Below are positions 12,086 to 23,807 of a stretch of 64,000 nt of DNA, in pieces. The DNA comes from Eledone cirrhosa (taxonomy: Eukaryota). A program made the position numbers and the translations under genes. Every line of letters starts with the position of its first letter. Positions within the stretch are counted from its first letter, which is position 1. The stretch spans positions 92,070,001 to 92,134,000 of the forward strand of contig OZ024740.1 of NCBI GenBank assembly GCA_964016885.1, given 5' to 3'. The notes below the pieces were generated by a model. That model ran no database searches. It had not been told where the DNA came from and saw nothing but the letters and a program-made list of their open reading frames with translations.

Positions 12086-14540
12086 ATATATATATATAAA
12101 CATATATACATACACTTACACATACATTCATATACATACATACATATACACGCACATTCATCTACACACATTCATAAATGCAAACCTTCATACACATACG
12201 TAACAACATCATATACATTTCATGTTGATTATATTTAGTTTAAAATATAAAAGATGTTACAGGAGATATATATTAATACAATAATAATTATTATATTTGC
12301 ATTGGTATTTTTTTTCTATTTTGTATGTCTTGATTTTTGTCTAATGAAGATTAGGTTATATTAGTTTCAATACATCAATTTAACATCCATTGGTTTATAT
12401 TAATATCTTCTTCATCTTGATCAATCTCCGATAGGCATATATACTCAAGTCACTATATTTTAGGTTTACGTTAATTATCTTTTATCACATTCTCCTTCAT
12501 TACGAGACGGTTCTTAGTCTTGGTTTCCTGAATTATTATGAAATAATTAGAAGCTTGATATTTATATGTGATATATTTCCATAATTAGGGAGTGTTTTAA
12601 TGAACATTAAACATATTGATATATCGTTGAAAAATCTCTAATAAAATTAGGAAATGATGCTCATGTGACAGTTAACAAACTGTTTTAATGTTCATGATAA
12701 CATAGATTTTAAGAAGGTGTCACGAAGCACTGATCAGAAATATATTAAATAGTTTATCAAACGTTGTATGAATGTACATCGTTGAAGGCATCACCGAATA
12801 ACATTAACAAATATGTGATCTAAGTAATTTTGTCATGAGATTAGTTAGACCATTGACCAAACGATAATTTGCACCAAAGAATTATTGACATCCTCAGATA
12901 AAATACACTCACAAAAAGAACCCAATATTTCGCACCCCGACTTGTGTGGATTATGAAGGTTTCTATACATTTGCACGAATGAAATTGTCTTAGCAAAATT
13001 CACTACGCCCCACATTTTTCTATAGGTGAATATTAAATGTGTGCCAACCTTCTTGTGTGTTTAGGACTTAAATCTACGAAGAACCAATAACTATTCCAGA
13101 TATAATCTCAATTATGTTTATTCTACAGGGTTACCAGTTGTTCATATTTGGCACTGTTTTGTTTCCTTTTTGTCATGCAAAATACATTTTGCACATATGA
13201 TCAATGTAGCAGATGCCCATGATGTTATGTAGTATTTCATTTGTAATGCGAGTATTGTCTTCAGAAAGTCCACTTTCATCATCCAGGTGTCACAAATAGG
13301 TCAACAGATCGGAAATCAAGGCCATGCATGGCCCTAGTTTTACATTCGGAACTAATGTTGCTTTTCAGGTCATATTATTTTAAACCTGCTAATGCTGCAG
13401 ATGTTTGACAATATTTTCAGCTGTTTTTCTGCGATGACTTTGCAGTAGCGATGATCGCACCTGGGTATTTCAAGTGGTTACAAAATGTACAGCTCTTGGC
13501 CATTCTTTTGCCGATCTTTTTTAGTTGTTATAGATGTTTTCTTTTCACAATGCGGATTTTAAATCTAATTCTGGTGACTGTCGTATCTACGTATTTACTA
13601 AAGTGGCGAGATCTCTTTATTACGGTGATTATGATATTGCTGACAGGTTGTCTTCTAATAATGTCGGTGCCAATTCTTTTTCAAATCCTCAGTTAAAATT
13701 CGCCCCCCAGATATGCCGAAGTGTTTATAACAGGATACAACACTACTGACATGATTTCGGTAGTCATACCGTTATAAACAGTATTTCTTCTGCCGCGTTA
13801 TGATATCTTACTACTCCATGATGAGATTCATCTCTCTGCTATCAGAAGTTATATATTATTGTTGTCTATACCAATTTGTTTGATTTCAGCTTTCCAACTG
13901 TTAATCGTGTTACTTAGCGTCTTACCAAATTGTTTATATACGTTCTCACCCTCCTCGGTGAGAGTTATTTTATTCAGCTCTCTTATTCTGTCACACAGTA
14001 CCAGGATATCCTATGATAGCAAACTTTATTTCATATAACATCGTATCCTCAGTGTATCACTTGATGATTCAACCATCTCTGCGTTGAAAAGTGTCTAGCA
14101 ATAAAAGGGTTGCAAATATTCATGATAGAATGTTACATAGATTATGATGTTTCTTATAAGTTCAAAGGCAATCTGCCAACGGCTATTTCAAGGAGAAGAA
14201 GGCAAAGACTAGGATATAATTTTGTTTCTCGTAAAGGTAAAAAAATATTCCATGAATAATATTTTATTTAAATAATTAAGTACTTCGTAAACTTATTTCC
14301 CATGCATATTTACATAACATTTATCATCTTCGTCTCCAAACAACGTTAATGTCAAGCTTTATTATATTTCTCATTGTATCTGCTTTAACCTGCACAAAGC
14401 TATGTACATAATGACATTCAAAAGATTATCGAATAGAGAAAAAATTCTATTAAGCTTACAGCAAAAAGTTTCGAGCACAATCACGACATAACCACATGCA
14501 CATAGACACACCCGCATCATACGCACACATACACACACAG

Positions 14541-14593
<53 letters not shown>

Positions 14594-14599
14594 CATATA

Positions 14600-14693
14600 T
14601 AGGAAAATGTTCAAGACCCCGACGCAGGGCTCAGTATTGAGGACTCTGTTGCCTTATGTTCCATCTGGTTCCTTACCACACTTCCTTCGTTAT
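14600..14693. mobile_element. Diverged 94-bp mini-insertion made of the two 3' termini of the 33-38 kb Naiad family
   Basis: Left taggaaaatgttcaagaccccgacg resembles taggaacgagtaggaccccgacg; right gtattgaggactctgttgccttatgttccatctggttccttaccacacttccttcgttat resembles the reverse complement of 33462-33521. Confidence 0.75.
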
Positions 14694-16379
14694 ACATATA
14701 TTTATCTATATGCATATGTGTGAGTGTGTGTGTGGTTTCTTGTTTTCTGAATAAGGAGCTTCGAGGGCCTGAGTTTGCCTAGAATTCCGAGATCGATATT
14801 TGCTTTCGAATAAATCAAATATTTGCGCCAAGCAAATGACAGAAATCCTATGTATAGTCTATCCGCTTTCAATCACAATGACAGGGTTCACCCAAGCTTA
14901 AGCTGCATTTCTTTTGTACAATATGCTACGCACCTGGATCGAACGAAATAATCATTATCCGTGAAACGAAATTCCCGCCGTTTACCCAAACACTCATACA
15001 CAAACATGCACAGAAATCCATACATATAAACACATACATATAATTATGTGTGACTGCGTTTCACTATATGAAGGGGTACATTGAGAACACGCATTTAACG
15101 CTGTCTTATCTATACAATAAAGGTATTTTAATATTTTAGTCTGATTTCCCTGCAGAATGCTTGAACAATAGCTCATCCAAACTAATATTTAAATCCCCTA
15201 GACGTTTTAATTTACATCGACATGTCAGGTCATTAATGCCCTACAAAAACTACAATAATCGGATACATAAATCTTGAAAAAATATTTATGGAGAAGATTG
15301 CATAGGAACACCATCGTCTTTCGATACTAATCATCTTAATGGCAATATATTTCCTGTATATAAGACGCACACATAATTACACGTACACATCCAATATCAC
15401 TATGTCAAATTAAATCGAAATATATTAAAAAATACTCGCCTGGTATCTAGGAAGATGTTCATTATATATAGTTTCATTTTCTAGCACCGTTAGCAAAGTT
15501 CAACCTATATGTCTACAGAATTTGAAATAAATAATTTAATACGAGATAGTATGCGCTATTATATAATATAAATGTATCTATAACTGAAACCATTAGATGT
15601 TTTTGAGTGTGTATTTTCTTGTCTTGTTGTTTTTGATTTTCAATGTTATGGTGTCATATGAAATTGTTTATTAGATTGCTTTATACGAGATCTATGTTTT
15701 CGTATTTCAATTCGTTCAAGTTCATAACAAGCCATTATTTCATGGTGGGCGGAAATAGTTCCATGTTGAACTATAATGTGACACTAATTACCACTTTCTA
15801 GTGTAAATGTATTAACAATAAAACATGTGGAGCAGGTGCAAATGGTGTTTCTTGTTATTCCATAAGGAGTTGCTATTCACTTTTATTTCGGCTATGAATT
15901 GCATTCACATATACGTCTGTCATATCCATGCTTAAATTTTCCATTATGTTCTATGCAAATCACGAATCACAGATTTTGTGTCATACCTAGGGCTAAAGCA
16001 GTAGAGTAGTGAGACATGTTTTTTATACAATTGAGACATACATTTTTCTAAATAGTAGATTCACCATAAGAACACGGTATATATCTCTTTTTCGAATAAA
16101 ATTTGGTGGTATATTATTTAAACAATGTGTCTGTTCCTGATAAAAATTGCATAAATGTGGGTGTACTCTGTTGTATTGACAATCACTGAAGATCAATGCA
16201 ATTATTACCGCAAGCATTGTTTGCAAGAGATTAATTCAATGCAGGAATAAGATAATAGGATGCTCACTGTCCTTTAAATCGAAATCAATTATGTTTAAAG
16301 GCATAGCAATAGCACTTTCTTGTGTTGCTTTAAATACTCTATTTGGTATCAAGATTACTATGACTGAATCCCTCTCCAC

Positions 16380-16548
16380 CATGTGGATTGGCAGTATCGG
16401 TAGAGCGTTAGACACCATGCTTTGCAGCATAGAGTTAGCGCCATCTATTTCTGAGTTAACTTTGCCTTTCATCCTTACGAGGTCCATAAATTAAAGCACC
16501 AGTAATGCACTGAGTTATTGCTGAATTTGTGCCAAAGGTAAAAACATA
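16380..16548 (+). mobile_element. tRNA-derived SINE copy with internal deletion
   Basis: tggcagtatcggtagag head, then gttaactttgcctttcatccttac...ccagtaatgcactgag. Confidence 0.8.
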
Positions 16549-16936
16549 TATTTCATGTCATTCAAATATCCTTAATGCTTCTGATTTTCATTTTCGTCGA
16601 ACCTTTTAACGTTTAGCTTATTCTTCTTCAGATGGAAGATAGGTGTCACACGTGTATTGGTTATTTTGGAAGTATGTAGAATTTTTCCCCAGCCTGGATG
16701 AATGCATGTATATTGTATTTTACAATTTCGACAAGGCTACCTAGATAATTTCATTCCCTGAATAGATTTGGCAGGAATGATGGTTTATAAAGTATTATAT
16801 TTGTTTAAAAGATTATTTTCCCATACAGCTCACATAAAATTACAATTATAATTATATATATCTATATAGATTCACAGACATATATTCATATATATATATA
16901 TTTATATAAATATTTATATATATATACACATATATG

Positions 16937-17051
<115 letters not shown>

Positions 17052-17071
17052 ATATATTTATATATACACAG

Positions 17072-17177
<106 letters not shown>

Positions 17178-17200
17178 GGTAACCCAACCGTTAGTTCACC

Positions 17201-17245
17201 ATACCTAGAACAATTGTTTCCCCTTACGGATCTTCAGCTGAATAT
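17201..17245 (-). ncRNA. Minimal type I hammerhead-like motif in a short microsatellite-flanked segment
   Basis: Minus: atattcag-CTGAAGA-tCCgtaaGGg-GAAA-caatt-GTT-ctaggtat; palindromic stem III ACAATTGT; stem I imperfect. Confidence 0.65.
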
Positions 17246-17404
17246 CCGCTAAGATGAAACAATTTTTCTCAGTATGCTGAACTAACTGTTGTATTGACAC
17301 TTCTTCTTAACTCGTCCCATGGACTGAGTGCTCTACCACTACGGATATTACATTACATTGTTCTACCTCTCTCTCTCTTTCTCTCTCTCTATATATATAT
17401 AATG

Positions 17405-20265
17405 ATATTATAATGAAATGACAGGAGGCTGGATTTGTGTAAATCCTTGAAAGGTTTATTATACTATGATCATTTCAATGACCGGTTTCCGTATGATCCG
17501 GTGATATCATCAGGTATTCGAAATATAATACGTGAATGTAATAGGTAAAATCCATGGGGCTGAAAATCGAGACCCGAGGGCGACCGCTATTCTGTTCCTT
17601 CAACCTCAGCTGGTCGCCCTGGAGTGACGTGGCTAAATTTTATAGTATGCTACTACCGGTCAGATAAACGAAAACAGAAAGGGATGGGAGCATAAGTTAA
17701 CGTCGATCTCATGACACAAGGTAAAAGAAAGAAAGAAAGGAAGGAGAGAGAAAAAGGGGGAAGAAAGAAGAAGAGAAGCCAGGGTTAATGTCAGCTAAAA
17801 GAAGAAAGGCAACTACTACTGGTCAGATATAGAGGGGGAAGGAAGATAAGTCGGCGGGAGGAAGACAGGAGGAGGGGAGAAGAGAAGGAAGGGAAGAGAG
17901 AAGTAGAAAAGTAAGGGTTGATGTCTACAAGAAGGAAGATAGAAAGAAAGAGGAAGAAAGGTCGATATTAATGTCAGACCACAGTCAAGCCAGGAGTGAC
18001 GCGAGAAAGTGTTCACAGGGACCCGCATCTTAGCAGAGATGAATATATTGGGAGTCAGTGTGTTACAGTGTTTAGACTTCTAGGATGAAGTTAAAAAAAT
18101 TAATAATCAATATTCAATATTAAAGAGGTTAGAAAATTTAAAGTTCAACAGTTTAAAATTTAATTATAAAATAGTTCCGAATTGTTCTGTAATTTAAAGG
18201 TACTATGTGGCGGTTAAAACACCGGCCGCGCCCCGGGCCCCATGGCGAATTAAGCTACGCCGAGTATTTTCATTTACTGAAAGAAGGGGAAATTTATTTT
18301 TCCAAGCACTCCAGGTGAGCTCGTTCGCCAGGGAGCTGGTCGCGCCGCCATTAAAACCCACCCAACAGTCCGACAGAAAGTTGGAACTTTAGGATTTTGC
18401 TTAGAGAAGTAAAAGAGAAATGGTTGATAGCTACAAGAAGGAAGATAGAAGGAGAGAGGAAGGAAGGTCGATATTAATGTCACACCACAGTCGGGCCAGG
18501 AGTGGCGCGACAAAATTTTCACAGGGACTCGCATCTTAGCAGAGGTGAATATATTGGGGGTCAGTGTGTTACAATGTTTAGACTTATAGGATGAAGTTAA
18601 AAAATTAATAATCAATATTCCATATTAAAGAGGTTAGAAAATGTAAAGCTGAACAGTTTCAGGTTGATATATCTAATAGTTCCGATTTGTTCTGTAATTT
18701 AAAGGTACTATTTGGCGGTCAAAACACCGGCCGCGCCCCGGGCCCCATGGCGAATTAAGCCACGCCGAGTATTTTCATTTACCGAAAGAAGGCGAAATTT
18801 ATTTTTCCAAGCAATCCAGGTGAGCCCGTTCGCCAGGGAGCTGGTGGCGCCGCCGCTAAAAGCCACCCAACGGTCCGACAGAAAGTTGGAACTTTAGAAT
18901 TTTGCTTAACTCTATCGGATGAAGTTGAAAGAATTCAGAATAACATTATAAAACTAATGAGTAAGAAGATTGAGAATTGAACAAACAGAAAATTGAAGAT
19001 TAAACATTCAAATAACTTCTATGAGGTTTTGGGTTGCGGGGTTTAATTAAATAGTCTTTTATGAAGAAACGTTAATTGTATTATGTAGATCTGTAATTTA
19101 TCCTAGTGGGATGTAGAGTACGGGATATAGTCGTGTAATGTTTAATTTTTGTTCTCAGGAGGAGACATTCTAGTGTCGTGTGCTAATGGGTACAGGTCCC
19201 AATGTGAGGAGTAGAAATACATGGATACATAGAAGTGGAATACGTGGAAGAGCACATTGGTACAGCAGAGGTATAAATATATAAACCTACCAATATATAG
19301 GTATAAACATGTAAATAAACCAACAAGAGTGGTGTTGGAGTAAGATGGAGAAATCAGGACATAGGAGAATTACAATATAGTTCAGGTTGCAGTAATTGTT
19401 CCCGGGGGTGGGGGGCAATCCTGTGTCGTGTGCTAAGGGTGCACGCGAGTAAAAGTCCGAATAAGGGGAGTAAAAAGTACATGGATGTATAGAGGTAGAG
19501 TACGTGGAAAGACATTAATACACCAAACAAAGATGTGAAGATATAGATAAACAAACAATAGTCGTTGTCTAGTAAATGTAGAGTTCAAGACACAGGAGAA
19601 ATACAATATAGTTCAGGTTGCGGTATTTATGTTCCCAGGGGGAGATATTCCAGTGACGTGTGCTAAGGGTACACGCGAGTAAAAGTCCGAATAAGGGAAG
19701 TAGAAAGTACATGGATGTATAGAGGGAGAATACGTGGAGGAGCATTAATACAGCAAATAAAGATGTAAAGATATAAATAAACAAACAAGAGTCGTTGTCT
19801 ATTAAATGGAGAGTTCAAGACACAGGAGAAAAACAATATAGTTCAAGTTGCAGTCAGATAATGCATATAGATGTGGAAACAGTGTGTGTTCGAGTCTGGG
19901 AGTTCAGTGTGAGTTATACATGCCCAGAAGTATAGGGTAGCCATTTAGTTAATACAGTGCAGTACAATACATGTTATGGTCCAGTCCGTGGAGTTTCGTC
20001 AAGTTCGGATATTCTGTGAGGGGAGTAGCAATGGGCCAGGCGAAAGCACCGGGTAGCCAAAGTTCGAATTGTGGTTAGATATATTCAGTCCCATGCCGCT
20101 GTTGATTATTACATTTTGAAGTGCTCAACATTTCAGGAGCGTTATTTCAAGGATTTACACAAATCCAGCCTCCTGTCATTTCATTATAATATTTAACTCC
20201 GTAATAGCACCACCAACTACAAAAACAAAGACGGTTGAACTGCCTTACGTTGAGTACTCTCTATA
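17405..20265. mobile_element. 2.9-kb non-coding element with 48-bp inverted termini, an HHR-like motif and internal tandem repeats (~505 bp x2; ~215-250 bp x3)
   Basis: 17405-17452 is the reverse complement of 20145-20192; GC-rich block repeated at 18208 and 18713; gtgtcgtgtgctaa-like motif at ~19173, 19423 and 19653. Confidence 0.7.
17472..17524 (-). ncRNA. Degenerate minimal hammerhead-like motif
   Basis: Minus: atttcgaatac-CTGATGA-tatcaccggatcatacg-GAAA-ccg-GTC-attgaaat; palindromic ACCGGT; stem II pairs poorly. Confidence 0.5.
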
Positions 20266-20327
20266 TTATTGCATTACAATTGACCATACGGAATAGACCA
20301 GCTCTATACAGTGGTGAACCTCAAACC

Positions 20328-20362
<35 letters not shown>

Positions 20363-20575
20363 CGTTTCTGAATTTGTTTAGCAAGATTCTTTATCTGAAA
20401 TCGTGTGTTGAAACCGATATTGTTATACTTTGGGAGGGTCATGTTGCCAATAAGAAACACACGCACCAGTTGCTTTCACTTCAATTTAATTTAATATATA
20501 TTTATAAATTTACAAATTTATAAATTTCTGGTTGGTTGGTTGGTTCCACAACCAGATAGTTGTTTATATATATAT

Positions 20576-20620
20576 AGTCATAGTTCTTTCGTCACACACT
20601 CTGTGACCTCTTCAGTGACT
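20576..20620 (-). ncRNA. Minimal type I hammerhead ribozyme in PLE 3' region
   Basis: Minus: agtca-CTGAAGA-g-GTCACAgagtgTGTGAC-GAAA-gaa-CTA-tgact. Confidence 0.8.
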
Positions 20621-20917
20621 GGGGATTTCTTTCTTCGTTTCTGTGCCTTTCCTTTCTTCTATCCTACGCCATTTTGTTTGTGTGTGGGTTGCGTGTTCAG
20701 TTTGCGCATGCGCCACATCCAGGTGTCTGTGTGTGTTTGTGTTCATTTTTCTATTTTTCTATTTATATTTGTTTGTTTATTTATTTATTTGTTGTTGGTT
20801 GGTTGTTTGTTCTATGTGTGTGTGTGTTTTCATTTTGTCTTGTGTGTGTTTTCATTTTGTGTGTGTTTTCAATTGTAAGTTGTTTGTTCTATGTGTGTGT
20901 GTGTTTTCATTTTGTCC

Positions 20918-23614
20918 TTAATTGTAAGTTGTGATGTTGCTGTTCCACTCATATTTTCTATTTAATTTTGGTTTTAATTCTTTTATGCTTACTGCCTCTG
21001 TAATTTGCCTAAACATTGCGTCTTTCTTGTGTGTGGATTCTATTTTTATTTCTATGCTCTCTAATTTACCCCTGTGTTCTATCTTAGCATGTTGGTAGAG
21101 CACAGATGATTCTTTACTATCTTGGAGGTCTCGCCAGTGTTCATTTATTCGTTCCCCTATACTACGAGCTGTCTCACCTATGTACACTATATTTTTGTTT
21201 CTACATTGTCCTTCAGTACATCTTATGCTATATACTACATTTCTAGTTTTACAGTTAATATGGGGGCTTATTTTACAGGTTATACATTTCTTATCTATAC
21301 ATGAGGGTCTTTGGAACGGGTATGTCTTGCTAATAAGTGTTTTTACGGAGGTACCAGGTCTTTCTACTATCTTAATATTGAGATTATGTTTCTTTAGGGC
21401 TCTTCTAAATGTGTAGGCTAGTTCGCCTCTAGGGGTTGTATTGATGAACATTACACTCTGGTATTTATTGCTATCATACCATGAGTTTATTCTATTGACC
21501 TTGTTCTTAGTTCTTTCTATTCTATTCCAAAATTTGCTCCTATACAAGGGGCAGGTCCAATTTATATCATTATTTACCATTTTTTCCCATTTGGTTCTGG
21601 CTCCTTTATACACTCTGATTCTATCTCTCTGATTGTAGCCAGAGAACTGCATACGGTGGATGAAGTGTTGTATGTGTCTCTCTAGTTCTTCGGGGTTGCA
21701 CATGCGGGACACATTTCTCATCACCCGTACCAAATCCGCAATCAGTATGTTGATTTTGGTATGGTCCGAAATGGCCGAGTTTCGGTGGATCAGATGTTTG
21801 GAAGTCATGGGTTTGGCATAATGGGAATGGAGGATTTGTTTTTGGTTGTTAATAGTATCTAACCAGAGCTCTGTGTCTAGTACAGGTAATCGATGGTTGG
21901 GGTGTCTACTTGGGTAGTCTATAGTAACTCTAATGCTCTGGTGGATGGAGTTTGCTATTTGCTGGATGCTTTCCATTGTGTTTTTCTCTGGTTCCTGACT
22001 GTTCTTTAGTGGGGGTGTCTTAACTACGATGTTTATATCATCTACGTAGCGGGAGTACATTATCAGGGTTAAGCTGTCTTCTAATTGTTCATTAAGTTTT
22101 TGTTTAAGTCTACTGTCCCACCATACCATGAACAAGTTAGCTATGTCGCCTGCAATGCTAACACCAATGGCTGCTCCTTCCTCTTGGGCATATGTTTTAC
22201 CATTAAATTTGAACATATGTTCCTTAAGGGTTAATTTTATGCTGGCCCCTACCGCATGTGCAATCATTTTCTTCAGTTCATCGTGGTTTTCGGGTGTCCG
22301 TATGGCTCTGGTCCACCCGTTCCATCTATCTGTGTGGGTTTTCTTGGCCATTGAGGTAATGGTAGGTGGTCTGCCTCTTGCTGGTCTTGTAGGGCACAGG
22401 TTGCTAAGGTCATAAGTGTCTAGGTAACTATTACTATGGGCAAGCTTAAGTAGAAGTCCCAGCTCACTGGTATCAATCCCACGGAACTCAACCTTGCTCT
22501 CGCTGATCATTTCGACGCATTTCTCCACAGCAAAATCCACGTCAATAGATGGATACAGGGACACAACATCCATACTGCCTATTATGCAGTTTGTTAGGTC
22601 CCCAGATCGGTTACCCGCGCCGATTCTGCTGAGGAGGTCCTCCGTGCTGTCACACACATCTGGGGACATCTCAATGATGGTGCGTATGATCAGGGAGAGG
22701 AAGTAGGACAGTCTGTAGTTACTAGCAATGTTAGCCCCACAGACTGGCCGTGTTGGTGGTCCCGCGACAGAGTCCCAGCCCGTTTTATGGTCTTTTCGAA
22801 GCCCATACAACGCCGGCACGTCATTGTTCCAGGCCTGGAAGTTGTTGGCAGTCCTTTTGTTGGGCTGCATTATATTTGTCCACATCACCATATGGGCATT
22901 GAGGGTTTTTTCTCTATCCTCATGCTCCTGTGGTGTTACCTCTCTTGTGTTAGTGATGTGGGGTTGCATTGCCTGGATGTAGTTTGGCAGGCTGTCAACC
23001 GACATTCTGCCAGACTTGTCTGTTGGAAAGCATGCTATCTCTCCATTACGCGAGCGCTGCATGAGCTTACGCAAGCCATTTGCAGATTCTTCTCCCAGTT
23101 GCTGGGCCTCTATTCTATTATGCTTCTTGCTATACTGTTCTATAATATTTCTAAGTTCGGATTTAGCTATACTAAATTGTGCTTCTGTTTGTTCATCGAC
23201 CTGCGACGGCAACTGCGTGCGTTTGTTAAATGGCAAAGTCGTGGCGTGGACTCGTCGTAGGTCGAATGATTTATCGGAGGGGTTATAAAACGGAGAGTTC
23301 CAGGCTGCTGCTTTATGTGTACTAGTGCTATTGTTAGTTGTGTTGTTTCTATTTCCACCAACAGCAGCAGCCTCAGCTTCATGGTTGTTTCTATGTCTCT
23401 CATAATTACTCCTGTCTATTTCCACTGGCTCAATGTTGTTATCTACCCTAATGTGTGTGTCTGTGTGTTCGTCTTGGTTATTCTCTTTGTCCTTAGTCTC
23501 CCTTCTCCTTTTAATCCTATTACTTTCTCTTATTTCTCTGATTTCTGTGCTACTGTCATTACTTGTTTTCTGTGTCTGTGTGTTTGTTAAGATTGTAGTG
23601 GTGGTGAGAGGCAT
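20918..23614 (-). CDS. PLE reverse transcriptase + GIY-YIG endonuclease polyprotein, 898 aa, uninterrupted (possibly Nematis clade; N-terminus probably truncated)
   Basis: Motifs PTDKSGR, LYGLRKDHK, RPVCG, GSMDVVSLYPSID, QEEGAAIG..IAGDIANLFM, YSRYVDD, LPVLD, Cys-rich linker, NVVYSIRC...VYIGETARSIGERINEH, ITEA, PKLN. Confidence 0.93.
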   Translation of the reverse strand: MPLTTTTILTNTQTQKTSNDSSTEIREIRESNRIKRRRETKDKENNQDEHTDTHIRVDNNIEPVEIDRSNYERHRNNHEAEAAAVGGNRNNTTNNSTSTHKAAAWNSPFYNPSDKSFDLRRVHATTLPFNKRTQLPSQVDEQTEAQFSIAKSELRNIIEQYSKKHNRIEAQQLGEESANGLRKLMQRSRNGEIACFPTDKSGRMSVDSLPNYIQAMQPHITNTREVTPQEHEDREKTLNAHMVMWTNIMQPNKRTANNFQAWNNDVPALYGLRKDHKTGWDSVAGPPTRPVCGANIASNYRLSYFLSLIIRTIIEMSPDVCDSTEDLLSRIGAGNRSGDLTNCIIGSMDVVSLYPSIDVDFAVEKCVEMISESKVEFRGIDTSELGLLLKLAHSNSYLDTYDLSNLCPTRPARGRPPTITSMAKKTHTDRWNGWTRAIRTPENHDELKKMIAHAVGASIKLTLKEHMFKFNGKTYAQEEGAAIGVSIAGDIANLFMVWWDSRLKQKLNEQLEDSLTLIMYSRYVDDINIVVKTPPLKNSQEPEKNTMESIQQIANSIHQSIRVTIDYPSRHPNHRLPVLDTELWLDTINNQKQILHSHYAKPMTSKHLIHRNSAISDHTKINILIADLVRVMRNVSRMCNPEELERHIQHFIHRMQFSGYNQRDRIRVYKGARTKWEKMVNNDINWTCPLYRSKFWNRIERTKNKVNRINSWYDSNKYQSVMFINTTPRGELAYTFRRALKKHNLNIKIVERPGTSVKTLISKTYPFQRPSCIDKKCITCKISPHINCKTRNVVYSIRCTEGQCRNKNIVYIGETARSIGERINEHWRDLQDSKESSVLYQHAKIEHRGKLESIEIKIESTHKKDAMFRQITEAVSIKELKPKLNRKYEWNSNITTYN

Positions 23615-23807
23615 TGAATGTGTGTGTGTTGTTGTTGTTGATTGTGTTGTTGTTGATGTGTGTTGTTGTCTCCGTGTGTGTGTGTGTTATCGTTGTTGTG
23701 TGTGTTGTTATTGTTGTTTGTGTTTGCGTGTCTGTTGTTGTTGTATCTGGGTATGTTGCTGTTGTTGTTGTTGTTGATGTGTGTGTTGTTGTTATTGTTG
23801 TCTCCGT

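Noticed and set aside
15300-16750. Possible decayed LINE RT on the minus strand (HPIILF, NFIRKRDI resembling RPISL and GFI.GR.I)
   Set aside because: Similarity is too weak to support without a profile search.
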